Positions 63,661-64,000 of a stretch of DNA of 64,000 bases are shown one piece after another; the stretch's first letter is position 1, and every line of letters starts with the position of its first letter. The translations under genes were made by a program, and so were the position numbers. The stretch is from positions 60,574,001 to 60,638,000 of the forward strand of contig NC_043010.1 in the NCBI RefSeq assembly GCF_006345805.1, written 5' to 3'. The notes under the pieces were generated by a model, which saw nothing but the letters and a program-made list of their open reading frames with translations, had not been told where the DNA came from and made no database searches. The stretch comes from Octopus sinensis. Taxonomy: Eukaryota.

Positions 63661-64000
63661 ATGACAGCATATATTGGTCTACTGTGTCTTCTACATTTAC
63701 TGATCACCCTTGTACTGTCCATAGATATTACATACCATGTCAAGGAAGAAGACAGTCCTCACACCTATATAGGAGACATTGCTGTTGACTCCAACTTATC
63801 ACACCCTCTCACACATCAACAACACACTCTCATTACATTTACACAACTACAAAGGACAGTCGAGAGTGGTTCTCACTTATTTAATGTCACCAACTCAGGA
63901 AAACTATACACTACTCAAACACTGGATGCTGAGTCTCTGTGTACATACAACAAGGAATGTTCCAGAATAGTTAAAGTAGCAGTGAGGAAAGGAAAGACAT
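63661..64000 (+). CDS. Pcdh: Protocadherin copy I, 5' end only (signal peptide + most of EC1), runs off the window
   Basis: ATGACAGCATATATTGGT... ([11 protein letters not shown]...VAVRKGKT), open to 64000, with the conserved acceptor at 63622/63623. Missing from the ORF track, presumably because no stop codon lies in the window. Confidence 0.9.
   Translation, partial: MTAYIGLLCLLHLLITLVLSIDITYHVKEEDSPHTYIGDIAVDSNLSHPLTHQQHTLITFTQLQRTVESGSHLFNVTNSGKLYTTQTLDAESLCTYNKECSRIVKVAVRKGKT

Overview
AT-rich eukaryotic genomic DNA. It is most likely from an octopod cephalopod, an inference from the SINE/RTE repeat types, dense microsatellites and gene family. The window is a head-to-tail tandem array of nine + strand protocadherin genes: copies A-H complete, copy I cut off at the window end, with ATGs at 1587, 9567, 15810, 22612, 31870, 40911, 48839, 54751 and 63661 (5.9-9.3 kb apart). 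Each unit has a splice acceptor 38 nt before the ATG and a ~2.4 kb exon (signal peptide, EC1-EC6, TM, proximal tail). This is followed by a 145-nt exon, a short terminal exon, and ~0.85 kb later a ~700-bp highly conserved non-coding block that looks like a promoter plus leader exon for the next gene. B, F and G are intact (873-874 aa spliced). A, C, D, E and H carry indels that are mostly probable assembly errors. Main observations: (1) EC1 and EC4-to-tail are homogenised while EC2-EC3 are a patchwork of exchanged variants. (2) A charge-complementary covariation between the EC1 FG loop and an EC4 patch. (3) A Ca2+-ligand-free EC3-EC4 linker. (4) A hidden, synonymously conserved reading frame in the 38-nt leader whose stop overlaps the Pcdh ATG. 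(5) An inverted pair of hammerhead-bearing SINEs. (6) R4/Dong-like LINE remnants at (ATT)n repeats. Exon structures are predicted from splice signals and frame only. All comparisons were made by eye, without alignment tools or databases.
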